Shown here: one piece after another, positions 37,669 through 47,106 of the stretch
Layout: each line of letters starts with the position of its first letter
Position numbering within the stretch: position 1 is the first letter of the stretch
Notes under the pieces: generated by a model
The model's input: the letters and a program-made list of their open reading frames with translations, nothing else
What the model was told of the DNA's origin: nothing
Databases searched by the model: none
Made by a program: the position numbers and the translations under genes
Origin: Escherichia virus TH15
Length of the DNA: 64,000 nt
Direction: 5' to 3' (one strand)
Sequence record: MT446392.1

Positions 37669-38944
37669 TTTCCAGTGGTGGAAGTTTAACACCAAGATAA
37701 GAACTCAATTGGCTTTGGTTAGCCATCTTATCCATATCAGCCCCATCAATAATGCGAGCTTCTTTATCGTCTTTAGCAACGGTATAAGGGTTCGCAGTCA
37801 GTGCATAACGAGCTAACAGTGCAACTGTAGGCTGTAAACTTTCAGGGTCAACGATAACCTTGAATTCCCCAACCGAGGTGTCACCCTCATCATCAACTTC
37901 ACTAAGACCTTCCGTATAAGGCGCATAATACAAAGATGCGACCGTCTGACCTTCACCCATATCGGCATTTACGCCAACAATAACATAATCGCATGGGCTA
38001 TTCATATCTGCATAAAGCGGCAAACCGTTCTTCAGAACGCCATAGGCCAATTCATCCTGGTCGTCCTTTTTCTCAACCCAACCAGAAGCTGCTAAAATAG
38101 CTGCACACCGGGAAGAGGCAACTGCATATGTACCAGCGAACGAAGTCTGACGTTGAACTGCGGAATTCATTTCGCACATATAATAATACAGGGTTCGAGC
38201 CCGGTCTTGCGCATTATCATATCTCGGGTCGGTAAGATTCAATACACCTTTTTCAGAAACACCTTGTACCTTGAAGCGGGAACTAACAGTAATAAGGGAT
38301 TGCAGTACGTCCTTATTAATTTCCTCTGCCATTTGAATGCCAAGGATATTATCAATAAAATCTGTTGCGTCGAAACCATTTGCTTCCAGGTCCTGAGCAA
38401 GCTCAACAGTTAAAGAGGTTTTCAGTTTTCTGGATTTGACTTCGGTCTGCCATTTATCGATACGGAAACCGGCTTCAGCAATTTCAGGATGACCCTGTTC
38501 AAATTTATTAGTGAAAGCTGCATCCGACATCATTCTTATATGGCCAGCAGCAATGGCTTCAGAAATAACTTCACCCAAATCAGTTTCAAGGGTCCCAGCA
38601 AAAGGAGAAGCTTCCAAAACTTTGAATACAACGCTTTCGAACTGGAACATATCGCCGACTGCATAAGCTTCGTCTTTATTTGTAAATTCTGGGATATTCT
38701 TACGCTCGAACATGCCAATCTGGCCTGCAAATGTTGCTCCACCAAGATATGTCATTTTATCATCTGGGTTCAGAACACGAACACCATACAACGCTGCAAC
38801 AGGCTGGGTAGTTTTCTGTTCGGCAACGAGTGCTTTAAAAATTCGTTTATTCGTAGCCTGGGTATAAGAAAGCAAATTAGGACGGGCGACCTGGTTGGCC
38901 GCCGTTAATGTTGATTCGTGAATTAGTGCGTTAATCTTTTGCAT
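37661..38944 (-). CDS. capsid vertex protein paralog (gp24-like, divergent copy)
   Basis: 427-aa ORF, roughly 55% identical by eye to the adjacent gp24; starts immediately after gp24 stop (TAAATG) with GAGG RBS inside the upstream gene. Confidence 0.8.
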   Translation of the reverse strand: MQKINALIHESTLTAANQVARPNLLSYTQATNKRIFKALVAEQKTTQPVAALYGVRVLNPDDKMTYLGGATFAGQIGMFERKNIPEFTNKDEAYAVGDMFQFESVVFKVLEASPFAGTLETDLGEVISEAIAAGHIRMMSDAAFTNKFEQGHPEIAEAGFRIDKWQTEVKSRKLKTSLTVELAQDLEANGFDATDFIDNILGIQMAEEINKDVLQSLITVSSRFKVQGVSEKGVLNLTDPRYDNAQDRARTLYYYMCEMNSAVQRQTSFAGTYAVASSRCAAILAASGWVEKKDDQDELAYGVLKNGLPLYADMNSPCDYVIVGVNADMGEGQTVASLYYAPYTEGLSEVDDEGDTSVGEFKVIVDPESLQPTVALLARYALTANPYTVAKDDKEARIIDGADMDKMANQSQLSSYLGVKLPPLEKE

Positions 38945-40225
38945 TTACGCCTCATAAATGATTGGCGGAAGTTTAACACCGAGCAGATAAGACATATTGC
39001 TCTGGCCGGCCATTAAATCCATATTAGTTGCATCGATAATACGAGCTTCTTTGTCGTCTTTAGCAACGGTGTAAGGGTTAGCTGAAAGTGCATATCGAAC
39101 CATCAGGGAGATAGATGGCTGCAAGCTGTCTGGGTCCACAATGACCTTAAATGCACCTACGTGTTCTTCATCATCTAAGTCCAGGCCTTCGGTATAAGGA
39201 GCATAGAAGATTGAGCCTACGACTTCGTTTCCGCCATAATTTTCTTTAACGCCAACGGTTACATAATCTAATGGACTGTTAACATCACAGAATACAGGAA
39301 GACCATTAATCAAATAACCATACGCGGTTTCCGGGAGCCATTGTTCATCTTCAGGTTTATGTTTCAACCAACCGGAACCGGCGAGCATCGCGGCCACACG
39401 ACTTGAGGCAACAACGAATGTACCAGAGTAAGATGTAGTTTTCTGAATTTCAGAGTTCATTTCGCACACCAGTTCGTACAGTTTACGTGCGCCTTCTGGA
39501 GCTGAATCATATGTCAAATCGATGAAACCTTTATCAGAAACGCCAGTGACTTTATAACGCTTGGAAACGGTAATCAGAGACTGAAGAACATCTTTGTTAA
39601 TTTCATCTGCCATAGTAGTTGCAAGCAGGTCTTCCAGGAAAGCAGGAGCATTAAAACCGTTTGCTTCCATATCCTGTGCAAGTTCAACAGTCAGTGCAGT
39701 TTTCAATTTACGGGATTTAACAGGAGCATTCCATTTATTAACCTGGAATACAGCGTTACTAATTTCAACATCACCAGCTTCAAATTTCTCGGTGTGTGCA
39801 GCATCAGGAACTAAACGAATAGTCGATGCAATAAGACCTTCTTGCAGAACATCAGATAATACTGTTTCTGTAGTCGTTGCAAATGGATTATCCACCAGAG
39901 CTTTGTAAACGATATTTTGATATTTTACATATTCGCCTTTAGCAACAGGTTGAGTAGCTGTAGCTAATTCTGGAATAGTTGTACGGTCTTTAGAACCGAC
40001 TTCACCACCATAAGTAGCACCAGTCTGGAAACTGAATTCATTATCAGGAGTAAGATATTTAACACCGTACAGCGCAGCAACAGGCTGGTTAGTACGTTGT
40101 TCAGCGATGATATCGCGGTAAATCAATTTAGTTGTAGCGCGGGTCAAAGCAACAAGATTCGGGCGGCCTAATGAGTTGCTGGATGTAGTAGTTGACTCGC
40201 GCAGCAGTTCGTTAATCTTTGCCAT
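38945..40225 (-). CDS. 24: capsid vertex protein gp24
   Basis: 426-aa ORF (T4 gp24 427 aa); N-terminus MAKINELLRESTTT matches T4 gp24 as recalled. Confidence 0.9.
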   Translation of the reverse strand: MAKINELLRESTTTSSNSLGRPNLVALTRATTKLIYRDIIAEQRTNQPVAALYGVKYLTPDNEFSFQTGATYGGEVGSKDRTTIPELATATQPVAKGEYVKYQNIVYKALVDNPFATTTETVLSDVLQEGLIASTIRLVPDAAHTEKFEAGDVEISNAVFQVNKWNAPVKSRKLKTALTVELAQDMEANGFNAPAFLEDLLATTMADEINKDVLQSLITVSKRYKVTGVSDKGFIDLTYDSAPEGARKLYELVCEMNSEIQKTTSYSGTFVVASSRVAAMLAGSGWLKHKPEDEQWLPETAYGYLINGLPVFCDVNSPLDYVTVGVKENYGGNEVVGSIFYAPYTEGLDLDDEEHVGAFKVIVDPDSLQPSISLMVRYALSANPYTVAKDDKEARIIDATNMDLMAGQSNMSYLLGVKLPPIIYEA

Positions 40226-40250
40226 TGCGCTTTCCTTTTGTGATATACTT

Positions 40251-40258
40251 TATTTATA
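40251..40258 (-). promoter_or_regulatory. late promoter TATAAATA for gene 24
   Basis: Exact TATAAATA on - strand 26 nt upstream of ATG. Confidence 0.5.
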
Positions 40259-40264
40259 AAAGTT

Positions 40265-40294
40265 GTTTACACTCTAGTTGAACTGAGTTATAAT
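40265..40294 (+). promoter_or_regulatory. putative early promoter for segD-like gene
   Basis: GTTTAC 40265-40270, 18-nt spacer, TATAAT 40289-40294, then GAGGAG RBS. Confidence 0.45.
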
Positions 40295-40318
40295 TTTGAT
40301 ATTAGAGGAGACTAAATT

Positions 40319-40978
40319 ATGCATTATTTAATTTACAAAATAACTAACTTGATAAATCATAAAATTTATATTGGGGCGCACGCCACAGAAAACGTGTATG
40401 ACTCCTATATGGGGTCGGGAGTCAACATTGTCAAATCCATCAAAAAACATGGTATTAAGAACTTTAAAAAAGAAATTTTGTTTGTTTTTGATACTTCATA
40501 TGAAATGTATGAGAAAGAAGCTGAACTTGTTAATGAACAATTTGTGCTTAGAGCTGATACATACAATGCAGCTATTGGCGGCAAGGGAAATCCAATTATT
40601 GTTAAACTACAAGACCCTTCATACAGAAAAATGATTTCAGAAAAGACAAAAGCAGGTATGACCGTAGAAGTAAAGCGGAAAATATCAATAGCAAAAACAG
40701 GAGTCAAACAGTCACAAGAGCTTATTGATAAACGTACGGCGGGTGTCAAAAAATATTTAGAAACACACCAGCATCACAACAAAAATAAACCAATAAGCGA
40801 TAGCCACCGCAAAGCAATTTCAGAAAAATTAAAAGGGATTAAAAAACTTATTAAGATTTCAATCAAAGGTAAGACTTTTGATAACCCAGATTTTGCTGCT
40901 GAACATTTTGGCGTTTCTCCAAAAACAATACGCAATTGGATAAATTCAGATAAACACCCAGACTGCTTCAAACAATAA
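40319..40978 (+). CDS. segD: GIY-YIG homing endonuclease, SegD-like
   Basis: 219-aa ORF; [25 protein letters not shown] motif, repeated K..G...S.E linker modules, C-terminal HTH-like; between genes 23 and 24 like T4 segD. Confidence 0.78.
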   Translation: MHYLIYKITNLINHKIYIGAHATENVYDSYMGSGVNIVKSIKKHGIKNFKKEILFVFDTSYEMYEKEAELVNEQFVLRADTYNAAIGGKGNPIIVKLQDPSYRKMISEKTKAGMTVEVKRKISIAKTGVKQSQELIDKRTAGVKKYLETHQHHNKNKPISDSHRKAISEKLKGIKKLIKISIKGKTFDNPDFAAEHFGVSPKTIRNWINSDKHPDCFKQ

Positions 40979-41000
40979 AAAAGGGACTCCGAAGAGTCCC
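40977..41000 (-). terminator. rho-independent terminator for gene 23 (GGGACUCUUCGGAGUCCC + U6)
   Basis: Reverse complement of the 14762-14779 hairpin; U-run on - strand overlaps the segD-like stop codon. Confidence 0.75.
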
Positions 41001-41016
41001 TGAAATTTATTAAGGA

Positions 41017-42576
41017 TTAAATTCCCTTAACATATACACGTCTAAAGTAACCGTTCAAGCCGAGGCTGTTAACGATGTCCGGCATACCGTTTTGAATACG
41101 CTTGGTCGGAGCCTGAGCTGCCGGGTCAGCGAACGGGTTAATACCGATACCGTAACGGGTTTTGAAGCCCATAACCGGCTGGAAGTTTTTCGGGTCAGAG
41201 CCACGCAGCGGTGTCAGTGCAACATATGGTGCGTAGTAGATACCAGCATCCATTTCGTTAGCACCTTTGTAACCGATGGTGAAGTAATCTGCGCGAGCAT
41301 ACTGGTCGATATAGACACGGTATTTGCCACCCAGAACACCAGCGAACACAGCTTTAGTGGTGTCAACGTTGAAACCTTTACCCAGACCCTGAGCAGCATA
41401 AGATACGGAGGTATCAACTGCAGCCAGTACGTTAACTACGTTACGGGAAGCGATGATGAAGTTACCTGCACCACGACCGGTCTGACGAGCGATTTCAGCA
41501 GCTTCTTTGTCAATCTGGAACAGTAAAGCTTTGAAGCTTTCACCAGCCCAACGAGCGCCACGGATATCAATCGGGTCCTGGAAGTCAAACACACCAGCTT
41601 TAGCGCCAACGGTGTTGGTCATACCAGATTTACCAACCTGTGCGGAGTAGTTAATCCAATCGATAACTTCGCGGTTGATTTCCAGCATAATTTCAGTAGC
41701 CAGAATACCACTCAATTCAGCATCAGCGTCCATACCGTGAACAGCGCGCAGGTCCTGTGCCAGTTCGATAGAGTAGCTTGCTTTCAGCTGACGGGATTTA
41801 GCTTCGATAACTTGTTTATCGATGCGGAAGCCCATTTCGTTCCACGGGTTATCCTGAGAACCGTTGAAACCTTCCTGCAGTTCGGCGATAGAGGTAGCCA
41901 TACCTTCAGCGATTTCTGCCAGTTTACCAGCTTCGAGCAGTTTGGTAACTTCAGCGTCAAGTTTAGCAGCATCAGTAGCGGCGGCATCAACGGTTACAGC
42001 TTCAACAGCCTGGTAGTGTGCGGAACCGGTTGCTTCGAAGAAGTGAGAATAAATTTTACCAACGGTAAGAACTTTGCTTGCAGCCAGAGCTTCGAAAGCT
42101 TCAGCAGCGCCCTGACCGGAGAACATAGCGTTCGGAGCATACATCGGGTGGAAAGCTTCTTTAGCACCAGCAGCTACAGGGTCTTTACCGTAAACTGCAC
42201 GCAGGGCAAATACCTGGCCAGTCGGGTTGTTCAGAGGCTGGACGCCACAAATATCAAACGCAATCAGATGCGGGATAGCACGACGAACCATACCCATAAC
42301 TGCCGGCCCAATCTGAGTTACTGCACCAGAGGTCTGGCCAGCAGCGATATTGGTAGCATCATAACCATGGTCACCACCGATTTCAGCTTCGGTCAGGAAA
42401 GAACCAAATGCTTCGGAGATTTTTTCGTCACGGTATTCTGGAGCGGTCAGGATATCTTGTTCCTGGTTTTCAAAGATTTTAGCGATGATAGCTTGTTTAG
42501 AAGCACCAACGATTTCAGGAAGAGCTTCATTTTCCAGCAGAGCGGACCATTTTTGTACTAATGCATTCTTTTTCAT
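41017..42576 (-). CDS. 23: major capsid protein
   Basis: 519-aa ORF (T4 gp23 521 aa); synteny and sequence resemblance as recalled. Confidence 0.92.
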   Translation of the reverse strand: MKKNALVQKWSALLENEALPEIVGASKQAIIAKIFENQEQDILTAPEYRDEKISEAFGSFLTEAEIGGDHGYDATNIAAGQTSGAVTQIGPAVMGMVRRAIPHLIAFDICGVQPLNNPTGQVFALRAVYGKDPVAAGAKEAFHPMYAPNAMFSGQGAAEAFEALAASKVLTVGKIYSHFFEATGSAHYQAVEAVTVDAAATDAAKLDAEVTKLLEAGKLAEIAEGMATSIAELQEGFNGSQDNPWNEMGFRIDKQVIEAKSRQLKASYSIELAQDLRAVHGMDADAELSGILATEIMLEINREVIDWINYSAQVGKSGMTNTVGAKAGVFDFQDPIDIRGARWAGESFKALLFQIDKEAAEIARQTGRGAGNFIIASRNVVNVLAAVDTSVSYAAQGLGKGFNVDTTKAVFAGVLGGKYRVYIDQYARADYFTIGYKGANEMDAGIYYAPYVALTPLRGSDPKNFQPVMGFKTRYGIGINPFADPAAQAPTKRIQNGMPDIVNSLGLNGYFRRVYVKGI

Positions 42577-42597
42577 GTGTTGTATAACCTTATTAAA

Positions 42598-43416
42598 TTA
42601 AGAAATTCGTGATGCTGCGAGAGCAGACAAGTCCGCGAAGGACAGGGTAGGCTTGGCGCCTTTTTCTTCAACTGCTTCTGAAATGTAATTCAGTGCCGCA
42701 GCATCGTCTACATTTTTATTTATAGCGGCTTCGGTGATTGGTTTTTCGGTGGGTTCTACCTGACCTTTAACCATTTCAACAATAGCGCCAATTTTGGTAC
42801 CGAATGCATCAGAGTAATCCATGCCTTCTACCAGAGAACCAACTTTTTCTTTCTGAGATTCAGTCAGGTCTTTGGTTGCTTCAGTCAACGCAACTTCACG
42901 TTGGACATAATTGATATAAGCATCACGCTTAGAAACTTCTTCGAACAGACTAGCGGTTTCTTCTTTCTGTTCAGCCAGTTCTTCCTGCATTTCTGCAACA
43001 ACATCAACAGATTCTTCTGGAACAACAACGTTGTGCTCAACGAACAGTTCTTTCATGCCGGTAAACATGGATTCGAACAGGTCAGCTTTAATGCCACGGT
43101 CGACAGCCAGTTTGTTTTCAGCAAGCCATTCTTTAGCAACGTGGTCCAGGAATTTAGCTGCAGATTCTTTCAGTTTTTTCTCTGCTTTTTCGTCGGATTC
43201 TTCTTTATTCTTTTCGACTTCTTCTTCAGCTTTTTCAGCGATGGCGTGAATGTGAGATTCTGCCAGTTTGATGGCGTGTTGCTTGACGGTAGCTTCGAAT
43301 ACAGTGCCGAAGGTAGCTTTCGCTTCCGGGGACAAATTAACTGATTCGAAAATACTATCAAGAGCAACGGAAGCATCGATATTCTGAGCTTCAGAAATGA
43401 GTTGTTCTTTAAGCAT
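42598..43416 (-). CDS. 22: prohead core scaffold protein
   Basis: 272-aa acidic alpha-helical ORF (T4 gp22 269 aa). Confidence 0.88.
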   Translation of the reverse strand: MLKEQLISEAQNIDASVALDSIFESVNLSPEAKATFGTVFEATVKQHAIKLAESHIHAIAEKAEEEVEKNKEESDEKAEKKLKESAAKFLDHVAKEWLAENKLAVDRGIKADLFESMFTGMKELFVEHNVVVPEESVDVVAEMQEELAEQKEETASLFEEVSKRDAYINYVQREVALTEATKDLTESQKEKVGSLVEGMDYSDAFGTKIGAIVEMVKGQVEPTEKPITEAAINKNVDDAAALNYISEAVEEKGAKPTLSFADLSALAASRIS

Positions 43417-43448
43417 TTTGTAGTCCTGTTGTTAAGATATACATTTAT

Positions 43449-44087
43449 TTATAACGTCTTTAAAGCCTCTGCGAGAGCCATAAAGGCGTCATCGGCACTG
43501 GTATCGGCTTCCGCCGTTTGTGATTCTGTAATCTGCTTCGGTTTGACCCAAGCGTCCGGAGCACTCGGCCCCCATACTGCATCCACTCCAACCGTCAATT
43601 TAAAACCTTCGTTGACGATACTATAACCTTTGGCTGATTTAGTCAAGGAACCAAGTCCACGACTAGATACACCCGGAATCCAACCTGCTCTTATATTTGC
43701 GGCAAGTTTATCACCTGGGCCATGGTCGCCTTCAATAATTCGTGCACGTCCATATACATCATTTCCTTTCCACCACATTTCTTCAATAATAATTGCGGCT
43801 TGCATAGGGTCGACGTTCGCACGGGGTGGATGGTTTAATTCTCCAAGTGACTGCTTGGTTTCAACCTGTTCGGCGATATAATCCGCAACGGCTTTTTCCA
43901 AAATATGTTTAGGATAAAGTCGTTTATTACGGTTGACAACTTCAGCTTGTAGGAAAATCCCTTCAATATAAAGTCCAGGTTTTAAACCGCTGCCAGAACC
44001 ATCATGTGATTCCAGCATCGGTACACCATCTTTAATTTCGCCCGGTTGACCCCAGTGTTCGATTAGTAACTCTGGTTTCTGTTCCAT
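43449..44087 (-). CDS. 21: prohead protease
   Basis: 212-aa ORF, same length as T4 gp21. Confidence 0.9.
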   Translation of the reverse strand: MEQKPELLIEHWGQPGEIKDGVPMLESHDGSGSGLKPGLYIEGIFLQAEVVNRNKRLYPKHILEKAVADYIAEQVETKQSLGELNHPPRANVDPMQAAIIIEEMWWKGNDVYGRARIIEGDHGPGDKLAANIRAGWIPGVSSRGLGSLTKSAKGYSIVNEGFKLTVGVDAVWGPSAPDAWVKPKQITESQTAEADTSADDAFMALAEALKTL

Positions 44088-44515
44088 TAATTCAGTCCGA
44101 ATGCTTTACGCTTAGCTCGAGCTTTTTTGCGCTTGCGCTCTGCTCTGATTTGCGTTGATGGGTTTGCACGTTTGGTTTTAGTAGCTTTACGGGCAATTTG
44201 ACGACGTTTTGCTTTAGAAAGACCGGTTGTCTGGAAAGCGTTACGGCTACGAGTAGCACGGTCTTTTGTGCGGGTTAATTCACCGCGGGACGATACATGT
44301 TTAACGATAAATTCGTCAAGCTGAATATCTTCATTCAGTGCACCGATAACGATTGCTTTTTCAATCTCACCGTTGGCAAACATGTTTTCTACAATAATAT
44401 TTATATCGTCCGTTTCTAAGGCTTCGGATAATGAGTCAAATTGTCCCTGAGCTGCTTCTGAAATACTTTCGATATTTTCAAGAGTTAATTCGTAACCTTC
44501 AGGGAGAATAAGCAT
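44087..44515 (-). CDS. 68: prohead core protein
   Basis: 142-aa ORF (T4 gp68 141 aa); basic C-terminus. Confidence 0.8.
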   Translation of the reverse strand: MLILPEGYELTLENIESISEAAQGQFDSLSEALETDDINIIVENMFANGEIEKAIVIGALNEDIQLDEFIVKHVSSRGELTRTKDRATRSRNAFQTTGLSKAKRRQIARKATKTKRANPSTQIRAERKRKKARAKRKAFGLN

Positions 44516-44778
44516 TATTCGTCGTCCTCATCGTCTTCATCATCGTCGTCGCCTTCATCGGCATCGTCAGAATCTTTTTTATCTTTCTTCTCGTCCTTGG
44601 TATCTTTATCGTCTTCATCATCTTCTTTAGGCTCTTCGCCTTCAATCATGATGGAACGTGCAATTTCAATCTTACGTTCTTGAATCAAACTACCGCATAC
44701 TGGGCCAATGTTTTCAGCAAAATATTTGCGAACGGCTACGAGGTCGTTTGATTTAATGGCTTCAAATAAATCATCCAT
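44515..44778 (-). CDS. 67: prohead core protein
   Basis: 87-aa ORF with poly-acidic C-terminus (T4 gp67 80 aa). Confidence 0.8.
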   Translation of the reverse strand: MDDLFEAIKSNDLVAVRKYFAENIGPVCGSLIQERKIEIARSIMIEGEEPKEDDEDDKDTKDEKKDKKDSDDADEGDDDDEDDEDDE

Positions 44779-46352
44779 TAGAAATCCTCTTCTTCTTCTT
44801 CAGGGTTTTGGAAACGAGCCTCTTTGGACTCCAACTCAATTTGCTTAGCTTCTTGGTTGATTTCTTCATCAGACATTTGGAGGAAATCCTTCATTGCAGT
44901 TTGATGCGAAATATATTTACCGATAAACGGTTCAGCCATTGTTAGCATATTGATTCTGCGTTCCATGATTTCTGCGTCTTTCATTTCGGTGAAATAGCTA
45001 TCACGGTTGAACGTAACTTTAATATTATTTAGTTCCTTGTCCCACTCATCCTCTGTGATAACTTTCTTAAGGATAAGGTTTGTTTTCAATGGGTCAAGGA
45101 AAACTTCTTCAAATTTATTCTGGAGCTGACGAATCCACTTAGCAAAATTCAACTCATCACGAGTAATTGTTGCCCCGGCATCAAACATAACACCACTGTT
45201 TTGGTCGTTAGGGATACGAGATAATGGAATTCTCAAGGCTTGATATAGGTTGTTCTTAAACCAGCGAACATCGTCCATATCCGACATACCTTGCGCACCT
45301 GGCAATGTATCAACTTCGGTGACTGCTTTACCATCACGACGTTGTAACCAATAGTCTTCTGTCATAGACATGTTATGTTGTTGGTTTTTGATTTTACCTG
45401 TGGTTGCATCATATACGACACGGTTTTTCATCGTGTTCATAATATGTTGCATGTGTGCTGCTGCCTTACGAGACGGCATGTTTCCTGTGTCGATATAAAA
45501 TACACGACGGTCTGGAGCACGAGTAATACGGTAGATAACTAATGCATCTTCTAATAGTTTTAATTGGTTTGCAGGTTTGATTGCTCGTTGCAGGTATCCG
45601 ATGATATTCTTACCGCAACGATCAAGTAATCCGGAATGCGCATATACAATTGCCGCACGAGGAATTTTTATTTTTGTACCTGCTTCATATATACGACCAT
45701 CGGCACAATAACTTTCATGACCTGTATCGTATACAAAATATTCTCTGTAACCGTCAACAATTTTCGTACCATTTTCCATGCGTGTAACGATTTCACGGAT
45801 GAACTGGATTTGTCTTGGGTCAAGGCGACGAAGTTCTTGAACGCCTTCTTTAATTTTTGAAGGGTTGATAATTTTGTGGAAGAAAATTCGAGAATCCACA
45901 TACCAACGTTTAAAATGGTCAGAGCCTTTACGTTCGAAATTAAGGAGGTTATTCACTTCCAAAAATTCTTCAAGGATTCTATCTTTAATATTCTGACTAA
46001 ATTCAGTAGCATCAAGGTTAAGAGCTACAACATCTTTACCGTCTTCAAATACGATGGCATCAGACACAATCTCTTGAACCGCGTTATCAACTTCATAATT
46101 ATTTAGTAGGTTGCGGTATGTGTCAATTAATTCCCTGGTGTTTTTTACTTCCGGTTCGTTGCTCCCGAACATCTGTTGCATCAATGCATTATACGGGACG
46201 TTTTGTTCTTGTGACTCAATTTCGCGAGCCCCATCATCAAACTTCGGCCCGGTCATTGACTCTAAATTATTTTTTTCTTGTTGCTTATATTCTTGTTCAT
46301 CTTCTTTAGCCCAAGGCTTAAGAAAATTTAGTATTGTATTAAAACCTGCCAT
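44778..46352 (-). CDS. 20: portal vertex protein
   Basis: 524-aa ORF, same length as T4 gp20. Confidence 0.92.
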   Translation of the reverse strand: MAGFNTILNFLKPWAKEDEQEYKQQEKNNLESMTGPKFDDGAREIESQEQNVPYNALMQQMFGSNEPEVKNTRELIDTYRNLLNNYEVDNAVQEIVSDAIVFEDGKDVVALNLDATEFSQNIKDRILEEFLEVNNLLNFERKGSDHFKRWYVDSRIFFHKIINPSKIKEGVQELRRLDPRQIQFIREIVTRMENGTKIVDGYREYFVYDTGHESYCADGRIYEAGTKIKIPRAAIVYAHSGLLDRCGKNIIGYLQRAIKPANQLKLLEDALVIYRITRAPDRRVFYIDTGNMPSRKAAAHMQHIMNTMKNRVVYDATTGKIKNQQHNMSMTEDYWLQRRDGKAVTEVDTLPGAQGMSDMDDVRWFKNNLYQALRIPLSRIPNDQNSGVMFDAGATITRDELNFAKWIRQLQNKFEEVFLDPLKTNLILKKVITEDEWDKELNNIKVTFNRDSYFTEMKDAEIMERRINMLTMAEPFIGKYISHQTAMKDFLQMSDEEINQEAKQIELESKEARFQNPEEEEEDF

Positions 46353-46409
46353 TAGAGTCTCCGAAGTTTGGGAAATGAGGCCGAAGCCTCATAATAACTT
46401 TATTTATAC

Positions 46410-46901
46410 TTATTCCCACCAGTCAATTGCAAACGTAGTTTCGAATGTCTCAATCTCATTATTCGAATCCCAATCCATCTGAACTTCCCCAACGTTAGTT
46501 GGCCACATGCCGGTGATAACAACTTCTTTAGTAACGGTCTTGCCATCACGATGGAACTGGCGAACAGTAGCGGTTTTCTTATAATCAGCAGGAGCTGCAC
46601 CGGTAATTTCGTTGGTCATACCGTGACACATATTTTGCCAATCAACAATTGCTTGACGAACTTTATGAGCATCGTCGTTATAAATCGTAATAGTCCAGTC
46701 ATCAAATGTACGGTCTCCCGCAACGTTGATTTTACGGTTCATGTAACCAACTGGTACTTTTTCTACAATGCCTGCTGGCATCGGGGCTGCTTTACAATGG
46801 AAAGCAAAGTTTTTACCCAGGAATGGGATTTCGACTTCGAACAGGTTAGGGCGAGCAAAGTCACCGGATTCGAAAGCGCGTGTGATATCGGTCAACTCCA
46901 T
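46410..46901 (-). CDS. 19: tail tube protein
   Basis: 163 aa from ATG at 46901 with GAGGA RBS (same length as T4 gp19); track start 46952 lies beyond the late promoter. Confidence 0.85.
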   Translation of the reverse strand: MELTDITRAFESGDFARPNLFEVEIPFLGKNFAFHCKAAPMPAGIVEKVPVGYMNRKINVAGDRTFDDWTITIYNDDAHKVRQAIVDWQNMCHGMTNEITGAAPADYKKTATVRQFHRDGKTVTKEVVITGMWPTNVGEVQMDWDSNNEIETFETTFAIDWWE

Positions 46902-47019
46902 TAAGGAATCCTCTTTATAGACACAGGTCGCGCGTACGCGTCCCTGATGCATGTATTTATACTAGGTAATATGATTCATCATCTCAAGATAATGGCTTCC
47001 CAGAATCAACCACAGGAGC

Positions 47020-47070
47020 CCGTAGAACCGATTATGCTTTTATTTATAACACTGTATAATGGTTCTACGG
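47020..47070 (+). promoter_or_regulatory. promoter-like cassette flanked by 10-bp perfect inverted repeat
   Basis: CCGTAGAACC (47020-47029) ... atGCTTTt ... TATAAT (47055-47060) ... GGTTCTACGG (47061-47070); TATAAATA on - strand at 47041-47048. Confidence 0.4.
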
Positions 47071-47106
47071 TTTTACTGCTAATTAATTCTTTCTAAGCGA
47101 TGATAA

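Noticed and set aside
46902-46952. Track start of gene 19 at 46952 (180 aa)
   Set aside because: It would place the start upstream of the late promoter box at 46954-46961; ATG 46901 has a GAGGA RBS and gives the expected 163-aa tail tube protein
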